Shown here in pieces: positions 1 through 8,886 of a stretch of 64,000 nt of DNA (its first letter is position 1; each line of letters starts with the position of its first letter). The notes beneath the pieces were generated by a model, which did no database searches, was not told where the DNA came from, and saw nothing but the letters and a program-made list of their open reading frames with translations. The stretch is from Promethearchaeota archaeon (GTDB lineage Archaea > Asgardarchaeota > Lokiarchaeia > Sigyniarchaeales > SOKP01): contig JAEOTR010000019.1 of assembly GCA_016839705.1 (NCBI GenBank), positions 32,001 to 96,000 on the forward strand, read 5' to 3'. The position numbers and the translations under genes were made by a program.

Positions 1-1
1 T

Positions 2-319
2 ATCATTTTAATTGTGTCAGACCTCTCAATAAGGAGTGTGGAAACCGCCAATACTCTACGAAAAAGTGCGAAGAAATTTACAAATTACAAAAAATTAGGG
101 GTAATTCTCAATAAAGTTAAGGGTAACATTGAGCATATTGTCAATAAACTTGAAGAACTTAATTTGCCACTTCTAGCAAGAATTCCCGAAGATCCTAATA
201 TTACAGAATTTGACGCAAAAGGAAGCCCGATAATCGATCTACCAAATAATTCAAAAAGTCTATCATCAATAAATAAGTTAGTGGAAAAAATGCTTAGTAG
301 TAAATATTTGATGGAATAA
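2..319 (+). CDS. CooC/AcsF-like nickel-insertion ATPase (MinD/ParA family), C-terminal fragment, 5'-truncated by the window
   Basis: The frame is open to the window edge (IILIVSDLSIRSVETA...). The motifs 'VILNKVK' and 'IPEDPNITEFDAKGSPI' are typical of the CooC C-terminus. Confidence 0.65.
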   Translation: MILIVSDLSIRSVETANTLRKSAKKFTNYKKLGVILNKVKGNIEHIVNKLEELNLPLLARIPEDPNITEFDAKGSPIIDLPNNSKSLSSINKLVEKMLSSKYLME

Positions 320-378
320 AAACCTCTTTTTATTCTTTTGAAAAATAGAAAAAAAAAAATTTTAAATATATTGGTATT

Positions 379-1410
379 TCACATTCTAAAGGGAAGTTTT
401 GCATCATCAGGTATTGTATCAATATATTTCTGTCGAAAATCTAAATCTATCATTGGACAATGCTCCGACAAACACTCATGACTATACATAGGATGGCTAA
501 ACATTTTATCAAGAATTGTTTTAAAGGATTCTTCCCGGATATTTCCAAAAGAAAGGGGCATAAAACAGCAAGGTTGGACATCACCATAAGGTGAAATATA
601 CATATACGCCTTATCAGCAACTCCTCTACATTGACTTGAATGTTGGGTCTGGAAATAAAAATCTCTGCAAACATAAGGAAAGTCTGTTAACGCCCAAACT
701 TTTTCTTCCTCTTCAGGCGTTAATAATACATCGGTTTCATGTAACCACTTACCTGCAGGTGTTGGTAATAAATATCTTACTCCATGCGTACCCATATCTT
801 TTGACATTTGAATAACCTTTTCAAAATCACCATTGGCTAAACTTTCTTTAGTCATGTAGGTAGAAATTACACATTTTAATCCTACATCAAGTGCATTTTT
901 TATAGCGCCCACAGCCTTGTCAAAACATCCTTTTACTCCACGATATTCATCATGTAATTCTGGAACGGGACTATCTATACTTACATAGAGTAGCTCCAAA
1001 CCACTATCTTTTAACCGTTGGGCGTAATCTTTCGTTACAACTAGACCATTAGTGTCTGTAAATACATACATTGATCTTTCTGAAGCATATTCTATTAGTT
1101 CCATTATATCTGGTCTTAATGTTGGTTCGCCACCAAAAAAATTAACTATTAGAGGTTTAGCAGCTTGATCTAATACATCTTTTATCTCTTCTGTAGTAAG
1201 ATCTCGATGCTTTTCTTTTACGTAATTACCAGTACAACAATGTCTACAACTACACTGACATTCATAAGTGATACCAAACATCAAATAAAACACTGGTCCT
1301 GCCTCAGAATTAATCCACTTAGTCAATTTTGCCGGATCGACAGTTAGGGGAAGTTTTAAAAAAGTTTCGGCCATTTCTGGCAAATCATTAGATTCCATTT
1401 TTTCCATCAA
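379..1410 (-). CDS. Radical SAM protein with SPASM/twitch domain
   Basis: CxxxCxxC (CQCSCRHC), GGEP, VSIDS, and C-terminal C...ISPYGDVQPC...GNI...CP. Confidence 0.9.
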   Translation of the reverse strand: MMEKMESNDLPEMAETFLKLPLTVDPAKLTKWINSEAGPVFYLMFGITYECQCSCRHCCTGNYVKEKHRDLTTEEIKDVLDQAAKPLIVNFFGGEPTLRPDIMELIEYASERSMYVFTDTNGLVVTKDYAQRLKDSGLELLYVSIDSPVPELHDEYRGVKGCFDKAVGAIKNALDVGLKCVISTYMTKESLANGDFEKVIQMSKDMGTHGVRYLLPTPAGKWLHETDVLLTPEEEEKVWALTDFPYVCRDFYFQTQHSSQCRGVADKAYMYISPYGDVQPCCFMPLSFGNIREESFKTILDKMFSHPMYSHECLSEHCPMIDLDFRQKYIDTIPDDAKLPFRM

Positions 1411-1682
1411 CCTTCAATTATTTAATTTCTTAAATTAATCATTAATTGGATTATGTTTTATTGATTAGTGTTTGAAATTTAAGACAAATGAGTATTTATA
1501 CCTTATTATCTTTACTCTATTGTCAAGATTTAGTTTCTAAATTTTAAGGAATTTAGCAATCTATTATACTTTAATTTGGGGAGGAATTCGTCGATTTATT
1601 AGAATGAGAAATGAGGGAGTTTAAATATTCAGATTAAGATTTATTTCAAACTCTTGAATAATATATCTAATCTATTATACTG

Positions 1683-2243
1683 ATGTTGGTGCCGACAACT
1701 ACTAAAAAAATCGAAGTAATATGCCCCATTTGTAAAACTAGGGATCTTATAGGTATCCCTGGAAAAAGAATTATAAATAGTTCACATTTAACAACAATTT
1801 CAATCCAGAAGGGATTAATTTGCCCTCATCATTTTCAAATTTTCGTCGATAAGAACCTACAAGTTCGTGGTTATCAGAAAGTAGATTTTGAATTAAACCA
1901 CGATAATTCAATAGAATTAAGGAATGGAATAAAAGCATTTAATCAAAAGGAAGAGAAACAAAGTAACCTTTTTGAAAATATTACCCTTGATGATAAATCA
2001 GTAAAAATTAACGCATTCAATAGTGTTAATAAAGTTAAAGACAGTGATTTACAACATGAAAATATCTCAAAACGCAAAGTTGCGACTTTAAAAGACATTT
2101 ATGAAGAATTTTGGGAATTTATTGATGACGATAATGAAAAATTTCATGTTTTTATTAAAAAAGATAAAAAGCGCAAGAAATTATCAATTGATCCAAATAG
2201 AAACGAATATTATAATCCTTTAGAATTAGAGCAAGAAATTTGA
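1683..2243 (+). CDS. Hypothetical zinc-binding protein (CxxC...CxH)
   Basis: 186-aa ORF with CPIC...ICPHHFQIFVDKNLQVRGYQKVDF. Confidence 0.6.
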   Translation: MLVPTTTKKIEVICPICKTRDLIGIPGKRIINSSHLTTISIQKGLICPHHFQIFVDKNLQVRGYQKVDFELNHDNSIELRNGIKAFNQKEEKQSNLFENITLDDKSVKINAFNSVNKVKDSDLQHENISKRKVATLKDIYEEFWEFIDDDNEKFHVFIKKDKKRKKLSIDPNRNEYYNPLELEQEI

Positions 2244-2368
2244 TTAGGAAATTCTTTTTTTTTAATCTCCTTTTGAGATAACACAATTTTAGGAATTGAA
2301 AGATTTAAGTAGAATTGATTTTACAATTATTAAAAAAATTGGTTTAGAGTGAAGAAAATTGTAAAAAA

Positions 2369-2971
2369 TTATTTTTGCATAGCTTTTGTAAAGACCATCT
2401 CATCACTAATTACTTGCCAGGTTCTCCAACCATTTGCGACTTTTTCTTTGACTTCTTTAATAAAAGAATCATAACCAATTTCTTGACATCTTTTTAAATT
2501 GTTGCAGGTATCTCTACTATATCTTGTGCAAATTAATTTAGTCATTTGACCCGGATCTGCCATTGGCATCGGATTGTTTCCCACATTAGGACATGGATTA
2601 TCTTCAGAGGAATTATAATCGTCACATTCAGCACAAGTCCAATAACCCTTACTTTTAACACATTTTGAAATACCACAGAATTGACCAGCAAACCCTCCGA
2701 TATAACACCCTGGACACTTTCCTCTCTCACCACTTTCTATTACTTTATTTAACACTTCTAATGTAACATTGATCTCTTCTGGATTTAGCCCCATTGTAAT
2801 CCCAGAATCCTTTAAATTGCCACCTTCCCAAATATTTTTCAATTTTATTGCTGCTTCTAAACCTTCTCCAGTATGGCCATCACATCCTAAGCATACAATG
2901 CCGCATGGCGCGATAATACCTCTATCTTCTTCCTTTACATCATCTAGTTTCAAATTCAATTTTTCCACCAA
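2369..2971 (-). CDS. DUF3795-like Cys-rich (Fe-S/Zn) protein
   Basis: APCGIVCLGC...CPGC...CGISKC...TCAEC pattern. Confidence 0.75.
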   Translation of the reverse strand: MVEKLNLKLDDVKEEDRGIIAPCGIVCLGCDGHTGEGLEAAIKLKNIWEGGNLKDSGITMGLNPEEINVTLEVLNKVIESGERGKCPGCYIGGFAGQFCGISKCVKSKGYWTCAECDDYNSSEDNPCPNVGNNPMPMADPGQMTKLICTRYSRDTCNNLKRCQEIGYDSFIKEVKEKVANGWRTWQVISDEMVFTKAMQK

Positions 2972-3316
2972 CTAAGAATTTCAGCTTGATTGAATAATAA
3001 ATTAAACCATACTTTTTTTATAAAGACATAGTCTCTTTCAAAATTTATATAAAAGAATTTTCATCTTTTTTTTTATTGATTGAATAATCTTTACTGTTAC
3101 CTTCCAGTTCAAATTTTCAGAGATTTTCAAAACTGTTTTATGTTTTATGTCTCCTATGACTGACTAATTGATTTTTAGAATACATACCTATTCTTAATAA
3201 GAAAAAATCTTAGTTTGAATACAAAAGATATAAGAAAATTTAAAATTCAGTACTTAATTCTCAAAATTATTAAATTATTTTATAATAAAACTATAAAAAA
3301 TAGATAAATTAAAAGG

Positions 3317-4807
3317 TTGGAAAATATGAGCTATAAATTACCAGATGAAAAAGATTTAGAAGCTATGATTGGTATTGTCGGCAAGGAATACGCTACAAAC
3401 AACAAGGCTATTACCGCTTCTTACTTATCAAAATCGGTTATGGGATTAGAATCACAGATTCCAGATATTGTAATCCGACCGAAATATGTAGAAGAGATTC
3501 GTAAAATCTTAATATATTGCACCCAAGAAAAAATTGCAGTTAGCCCTATTTCGGGGGGATTATCAGGGGGATTTGCGTGTCCAACGATTAAACCTGGAGG
3601 GGTTTTACTCGATTTAGGGAGAATGAATCGAATTATTGAAATTGATGAAGAAAACCGCTTTTGCATCATAGAACCGGGAGTTACCAATGGTGAACTTTGG
3701 GCTTATATGCATAAATATCATCCAGAGTGGGCGCCTCCTATACCTGATGGCGCACCTCCAGCAGCAACAGTTATGGGTGATGCTATTGATAGAGGGTTTT
3801 CACTTTATACATCAAGTGTCGGTCCTCAAGGGGATAACTTTATGTGTGGGGAAATTGTCTTTCCTAATGGCGATGTTGTACGGACTGGTTCTTGGGCACT
3901 ACCTTTTGCGAAACCTTTCTATAAATATGGTTTGGGTCCTGATATGTGGAGTTTTTTAATGGGATCTCAAGGTTCTTTTGGTGTAATAACTAAAGCTGCA
4001 GTTAAAATTTATCCACACCCTAAATTTAAAACAGTAGTCGTCTGGGGTATGGATAACCCTTACGATATGCAAGATCTAACTCTTGAGGTTGGTAAACAAG
4101 AATTTGGTATATCCCACAACACTGTAATGGTTCAAGGAGGGAATTATCCTCTTGTTATGGCTCGATGGCCAAAGGATAAAGTTCCACATAACTACGATTT
4201 CTATAAAGAAATAGGAATTTCTCAATGGTGGATGAATTGGGAGTGTTGGGCACAGACACAGGAGGAATTGGATTATGTAACTAATAGAATTGATAAAATG
4301 GCCGAGGACTTTAAGAAAAGAGCAAAAAGTCCTGATGCAATTATAAAACAAGAACTACATCCTAAACAAATCGCAAGCAGGATGAAAAAGCCAAACAAGA
4401 TTGCTATTTCATACAGTTTCTGGGAAGCGGGATTTCTGTTTATTACTTGGTATACCCCATGGAATGAATCAGCACATTTCGCCGAGATGTACACTAAGGC
4501 TATGGAAAAGTATGGATTTCCACCAGTAATGTGGATTGCTAGTATTGAGCGATGTAGACAAGCTATATGTATGCCTATCATTTGTTTTGATAGTACGGAC
4601 CCCAAAAACCTTGAGAAGGTTCAGGAATTGAATAGAGAAACTACGGAATATGCGTTAAAACAAGGATGGTTAAATTATAGACCTGATCCGTACATTCATG
4701 TGCAAGCTTATTACCAAGCTGCAATGTACTGGAAATATTTACGTGCTTTTAAAAAGCTTGTAGATCCTAATATGATAATGCATCCAGGAAGACTCGCTCT
4801 TCCATAA
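3317..4807 (+). CDS. FAD-linked oxidoreductase (VAO/PCMH, GlcD / 4-cresol dehydrogenase flavoprotein-like)
   Basis: PDIVIRP, DLGRMNRI, EPGVT, GSQGSFGVITKA, and C-terminal DPNMIMHPG. Confidence 0.9.
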   Translation: MENMSYKLPDEKDLEAMIGIVGKEYATNNKAITASYLSKSVMGLESQIPDIVIRPKYVEEIRKILIYCTQEKIAVSPISGGLSGGFACPTIKPGGVLLDLGRMNRIIEIDEENRFCIIEPGVTNGELWAYMHKYHPEWAPPIPDGAPPAATVMGDAIDRGFSLYTSSVGPQGDNFMCGEIVFPNGDVVRTGSWALPFAKPFYKYGLGPDMWSFLMGSQGSFGVITKAAVKIYPHPKFKTVVVWGMDNPYDMQDLTLEVGKQEFGISHNTVMVQGGNYPLVMARWPKDKVPHNYDFYKEIGISQWWMNWECWAQTQEELDYVTNRIDKMAEDFKKRAKSPDAIIKQELHPKQIASRMKKPNKIAISYSFWEAGFLFITWYTPWNESAHFAEMYTKAMEKYGFPPVMWIASIERCRQAICMPIICFDSTDPKNLEKVQELNRETTEYALKQGWLNYRPDPYIHVQAYYQAAMYWKYLRAFKKLVDPNMIMHPGRLALP

Positions 4808-4826
4808 ATAAAGGAGGGAAAAAAAA

Positions 4827-6227
4827 ATGGCAAAAACTGGAATGGATAGGCTCGAAGAGCTTAAAATGGATATTTTTAAATGTATTCACTGTAAAGCATG
4901 TAGATCCGCTTACAGTGGTGAACCGGATAGAGAAGGCATTGGTGAGTTTGCTGGTAAGCAAGGAACTGTACTATATGAAGGTATAGTAGATGCTTGTCCA
5001 GCTGGTATTGAATATGGGTGGGAAGCCTTTTGGAATGCAGGAAAGATGTGGATCGCTCGTGCTATCTTAACTGGTGACTTAGAAATGACTGAAGAAGTTA
5101 GAGATGTTATTTTACCATGTATTACCTGTGGTCAGTGTTCAGCTCAATGTGAAAATAAAATTCGTACTGTCGATATTATTGAGGCTTTAAGAGCAGCCTG
5201 TATTGAGTCAGGAGTGCCGATGATTGAAAAACACGAATTAGTAGACAACTTAGTAAAAGAGCGAAATAATCCATATGGCGGAGCTGCTGTTGATAGATTT
5301 AAATGGGCTAAAGAGGCTGGCTTGGAAAAGTTTATCGATAATAAAGATGCGAAAATTGCTTATTATGTCGGATGTACTGCGAGTTATCGGCAAATAGAAG
5401 TTGCGATAGCGACTGCTAAGTTATTTGAATTATTAGGTATGAATTTCACATTAGTTGCCGATGAAGTTTGTTGCGGAAGTCCATTTTTCAGGATAGGAGC
5501 AGTTGATACCGCACAGGGATTAATGAGGAAAAATCTTGAAGCTTTTAAGAATGTAGAAATGGTTTACTTCAGCTGTGCTGGGTGTTATCGAACTATTACT
5601 ATTGATTACCCAAAATGGATGGCTGAAGACGAAGAACTTCCTTTTAAAACTGAACATGCATTTGAACTAGTAGCAAGATTAGTCCAACAAGAGAAAATCA
5701 AATTCAAACCTAATAAGGAATTAAAGGGTAAAGTGGTAACATACCATGATCCTTGTCACACTGGTAGACATTTTGCAGTTGATATGGAACAAGAGATGAT
5801 TGAGAAATCAGAAAATCTAATGATGGATAGTAGAAAAATTAAGAACAAAATCGAAGAATGGTATGAAGTTCCACGTATAATTCTTAGAAAACTTGAAGAA
5901 AATGTAGGAATTAAATTTGAAGAGATGTACCGCATAAAGCTTGATAGCATGTGTTGTGGAGCTGGTGGAGGCGTGAGGGCAGGGTATCCTGAATTTTCTC
6001 TTAGAACCGCAAGTCTTCGATGTGATGAAGCGAATGCAGTAGGTGCGGACATTTTAACAACCGAATGCCCATTCTGTTGGAGAAATCTTTACGATGCTAA
6101 TGAACAATACAATCATGGTATGGTTGTAATGGGAATTCTTCAAATGATTACAGAATATAATCTCTTAGATATTACAGAAAAGCCGAACGAAGAAGACTTT
6201 TTAACACCATCGATTAGGGAAAATTAA
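4827..6227 (+). CDS. Fe-S oxidoreductase, HdrD/GlcF/GlpC-like (two 4Fe-4S motifs plus two CCG domains)
   Basis: CIHCKAC...CP, CITCGQCSAQC, VCCGSP, CAGC, YHDPCH, CCGAGGG, ECPFC. A GGAGG RBS-like site lies upstream, 19 bp after the FAD oxidase gene. Confidence 0.9.
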   Translation: MAKTGMDRLEELKMDIFKCIHCKACRSAYSGEPDREGIGEFAGKQGTVLYEGIVDACPAGIEYGWEAFWNAGKMWIARAILTGDLEMTEEVRDVILPCITCGQCSAQCENKIRTVDIIEALRAACIESGVPMIEKHELVDNLVKERNNPYGGAAVDRFKWAKEAGLEKFIDNKDAKIAYYVGCTASYRQIEVAIATAKLFELLGMNFTLVADEVCCGSPFFRIGAVDTAQGLMRKNLEAFKNVEMVYFSCAGCYRTITIDYPKWMAEDEELPFKTEHAFELVARLVQQEKIKFKPNKELKGKVVTYHDPCHTGRHFAVDMEQEMIEKSENLMMDSRKIKNKIEEWYEVPRIILRKLEENVGIKFEEMYRIKLDSMCCGAGGGVRAGYPEFSLRTASLRCDEANAVGADILTTECPFCWRNLYDANEQYNHGMVVMGILQMITEYNLLDITEKPNEEDFLTPSIREN

Positions 6228-6242
6228 GGAAAAAATCAAAAA

Positions 6243-6280
6243 AATGAGTGAATAGCTCATTATAATCTTATTTCTTTTTT
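6243..6280 (+). terminator. Possible hairpin plus T-tract terminator
   Basis: AATGAG-N7-CTCATT inverted repeat followed by a T-rich run, just downstream of the stop at 6227. Confidence 0.3.
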
Positions 6281-6434
6281 AAAATTTCTAAACATTTAAT
6301 ACTTCTATTCTCAAAATTTATATTTCAGATTAATTTCTATTTTGAGGTTATTTCTATAGAAAGTATTGAAATAAATAAAACAAATTTATAAGCCCAACTA
6401 GCTTTATTTTTAATTAATTACACTAAATACTATT

Positions 6435-7925
6435 TTGTCAAGTAATTTTATGAATATAAAAAAAATAGCACCAATTATCGTTATCGGGATAATTGCAGTT
6501 TTAGTTATTGCTCTAATTATTGTATTTCTACCACCGGGATCAACACCAGCCCCCGGTTCTAAGAAAGCAATCATATTGGGAAGTGCAAATGATTTTTTTA
6601 GAAAAGATGGAGAACCAGATTTTAACGATGGGCATGATGCAAAATTTTCTAATGAATCAGCTCAATTCAATTGGTCAGGAAGTTGGAATACAAATGGAAC
6701 GGGATGGATGGATGAACATGGAATTGGCCATAATTCATCTGGATTTATAGCGTTAGCGGCTTTGGGTGGAGGAGGCTATGTAAATATGGAATGGGTATAC
6801 AACTGGACAGACTTCTATACATTGCTTAAATTTGCTGTATATAATTTTTCTGCCTGGATTAACGTCACAACTAATGCTTGGACTCCTACTATAATAAATA
6901 TTCCCCCAGGAACAGGAGCTAGAATAGGGTTACGTTGGTTAAATTCTAGTAACGGGATTGTTAGAACAGATTGGTCAATGGGGATAATTGGATTGACTCC
7001 CGGGTGGAATTTTCTAAATGTAACCGGTATAGCTGATAATTCCACACCTAACGAAATTACTCAATTACAATTGGTTTTAGCAGTTGAAGGGATTATGCTT
7101 CCTTGGGACATGGTGCTTTTTGATGATCTTAACATAGAATATTGGTTTCCACCACCAATTCCAAGTCCACTCCCCAGCAATATTGATACCGATGGTTTCC
7201 CTGCTCAAGCACTTCACGTCTATTGGGTTCTAAGGAATAATGGGTACGCGAATGATAATATATTCTTAATGCTCTATCATAAAGATGATCCAACAATAGA
7301 TATCTATGTAAACGATTCAATATCAAATGATTTGCCCGAAGCAATTGTTGATGTGGAAGATGATAATGTGACTGCAAATAGGTTTAAACAAGAACTAAAT
7401 ATCTCAATCTCGGGTTCATTTGCCTCAGGAATACAAGCTAAAGATGAATTAATCATTTTTATCACAGACCATGGTTCAAATAAAGTGTCTAGTGATGGGA
7501 ATGCTACATTTCATTTCGAGGCGGATGACAGCTATATTACAGAAGGAGAATTCTTTAACTTAGTTAAACAGATAAGCTGTGCACGTATGTTAATAAATAT
7601 TGATATGTGTTTCAGTGGTAATTTTCTAAATGAAAATGCGAACATAGGGTCAAGTTGGTATAATATACCTAACTCCATATTGATCTCCTCAACAACAGAT
7701 CTGCTGTCATGGTATTGGAGAGATAATAATAATGCCGATGGGTTTGCGGGATCATGGTTTTTTCATCAATTTTGGGAGCAAATAAATCAAAGTCAAACAG
7801 TTGGCGATGCTTTTACTAATGCAAAAAATTTTGTTCCCGCTGGTCAAGTGAACTCCATAGATGATATCCAAACACCTTTAATCCAAGACAATTTGGGGAT
7901 AAAAGATACTTGGGTTTTAATCTAA
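6435..7925 (+). CDS. Membrane-anchored clan CD peptidase, family C13 (legumain/Gpi8-like), with an inserted CBM-like beta-sandwich
   Basis: N-terminal TM helix; KAIILG; 'HVYWVLRNNGY..DNIFLM'; 'NVTANRF'; catalytic dyad ITDHG and IDMCFSG. A ~200-aa Trp/Asn-rich insert ends in FDDLNIE and a Pro-rich linker. Confidence 0.8.
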   Translation: MSSNFMNIKKIAPIIVIGIIAVLVIALIIVFLPPGSTPAPGSKKAIILGSANDFFRKDGEPDFNDGHDAKFSNESAQFNWSGSWNTNGTGWMDEHGIGHNSSGFIALAALGGGGYVNMEWVYNWTDFYTLLKFAVYNFSAWINVTTNAWTPTIINIPPGTGARIGLRWLNSSNGIVRTDWSMGIIGLTPGWNFLNVTGIADNSTPNEITQLQLVLAVEGIMLPWDMVLFDDLNIEYWFPPPIPSPLPSNIDTDGFPAQALHVYWVLRNNGYANDNIFLMLYHKDDPTIDIYVNDSISNDLPEAIVDVEDDNVTANRFKQELNISISGSFASGIQAKDELIIFITDHGSNKVSSDGNATFHFEADDSYITEGEFFNLVKQISCARMLINIDMCFSGNFLNENANIGSSWYNIPNSILISSTTDLLSWYWRDNNNADGFAGSWFFHQFWEQINQSQTVGDAFTNAKNFVPAGQVNSIDDIQTPLIQDNLGIKDTWVLI

Positions 7926-8073
7926 AACTAAATTATACTGAAATTTAAACATACAATTAATTTCAAAATTTTATTAAATAATCCAAATTCCAACTCTGAT
8001 ATTTTTTTGGCTTAAAATTTAAATTTGACTTAGGATTTATTCTAACTTAATATTAAATCAGCAAACAACAATC

Positions 8074-8664
8074 GTGAAACATATTTTAACAAAGAGAAAA
8101 TTCTTTATTTTTCTTGTAATAGTCGCTTACTCCTTAAACTTGACTATTTTCCTTTTAACTCCAAAAATATTGAGTAACGATGCATTCAGTCTTGGCGCAG
8201 CTAATGATGATACCACTGCTCCTGTAATTACTTTTGTGAAACCTGATACTAATGACACTTCAATAAGAACAAGATATTATGATTTTATTGTAAACATAAC
8301 TGATGCTAATCCCCCTTTACCTGGGAATGTGACAATTGAAATATCCAATGCAAGCATCTCCTTTTTTAACGCTTCTATGCTTTATGATCAAGGAATCCAA
8401 TGGTTTTTCTCTTGGGAGAATACAACATCATATCCAAATGAAAACACATATATAATTAGGGTGAGAGCTATAGATTCTTCGTCAAATGAGAATGCTGGTT
8501 TATCGAATGACTTGTCTGTTTTTTTAGACATAAATGAAGGGGGAGGTTTTGATACCCTAAATTTTGTGCTGTATATTATCGCTGTGGTCTTTATTTTTGC
8601 TCTAATCATGCTATATTTTAATAAAAAACGAGTATTCTTAAAAAAATTTAAAGACGAAAGTTAG
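8074..8664 (+). CDS. Secreted/surface Ig-like domain protein with C-terminal TM anchor
   Basis: N-terminal signal/TM; DTTAPVITF...YIIRVRAIDSSSN Ig-like signature; GGGF + TM + basic tail; many NxS/T sequons. Confidence 0.7.
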   Translation: MKHILTKRKFFIFLVIVAYSLNLTIFLLTPKILSNDAFSLGAANDDTTAPVITFVKPDTNDTSIRTRYYDFIVNITDANPPLPGNVTIEISNASISFFNASMLYDQGIQWFFSWENTTSYPNENTYIIRVRAIDSSSNENAGLSNDLSVFLDINEGGGFDTLNFVLYIIAVVFIFALIMLYFNKKRVFLKKFKDES

Positions 8665-8886
8665 ATGTGAATATTAATCCTTAAGCTTATGATTGGATAA
8701 TTATATGCTTGAGAAGAGCATAATAAGATTAAAGTATCGTGAGTTTTCTTACCTTTTGTTAAGCCCCCGTCCAAATTTTTTATGATTTAAAATAATTATA
8801 AACGTGATGATTCAAATTCAAAAAAAATAAATGTCAAGATTTTCATTAATTATAAAATAAGAAAATATGCCATAATCGGGGTTTCT

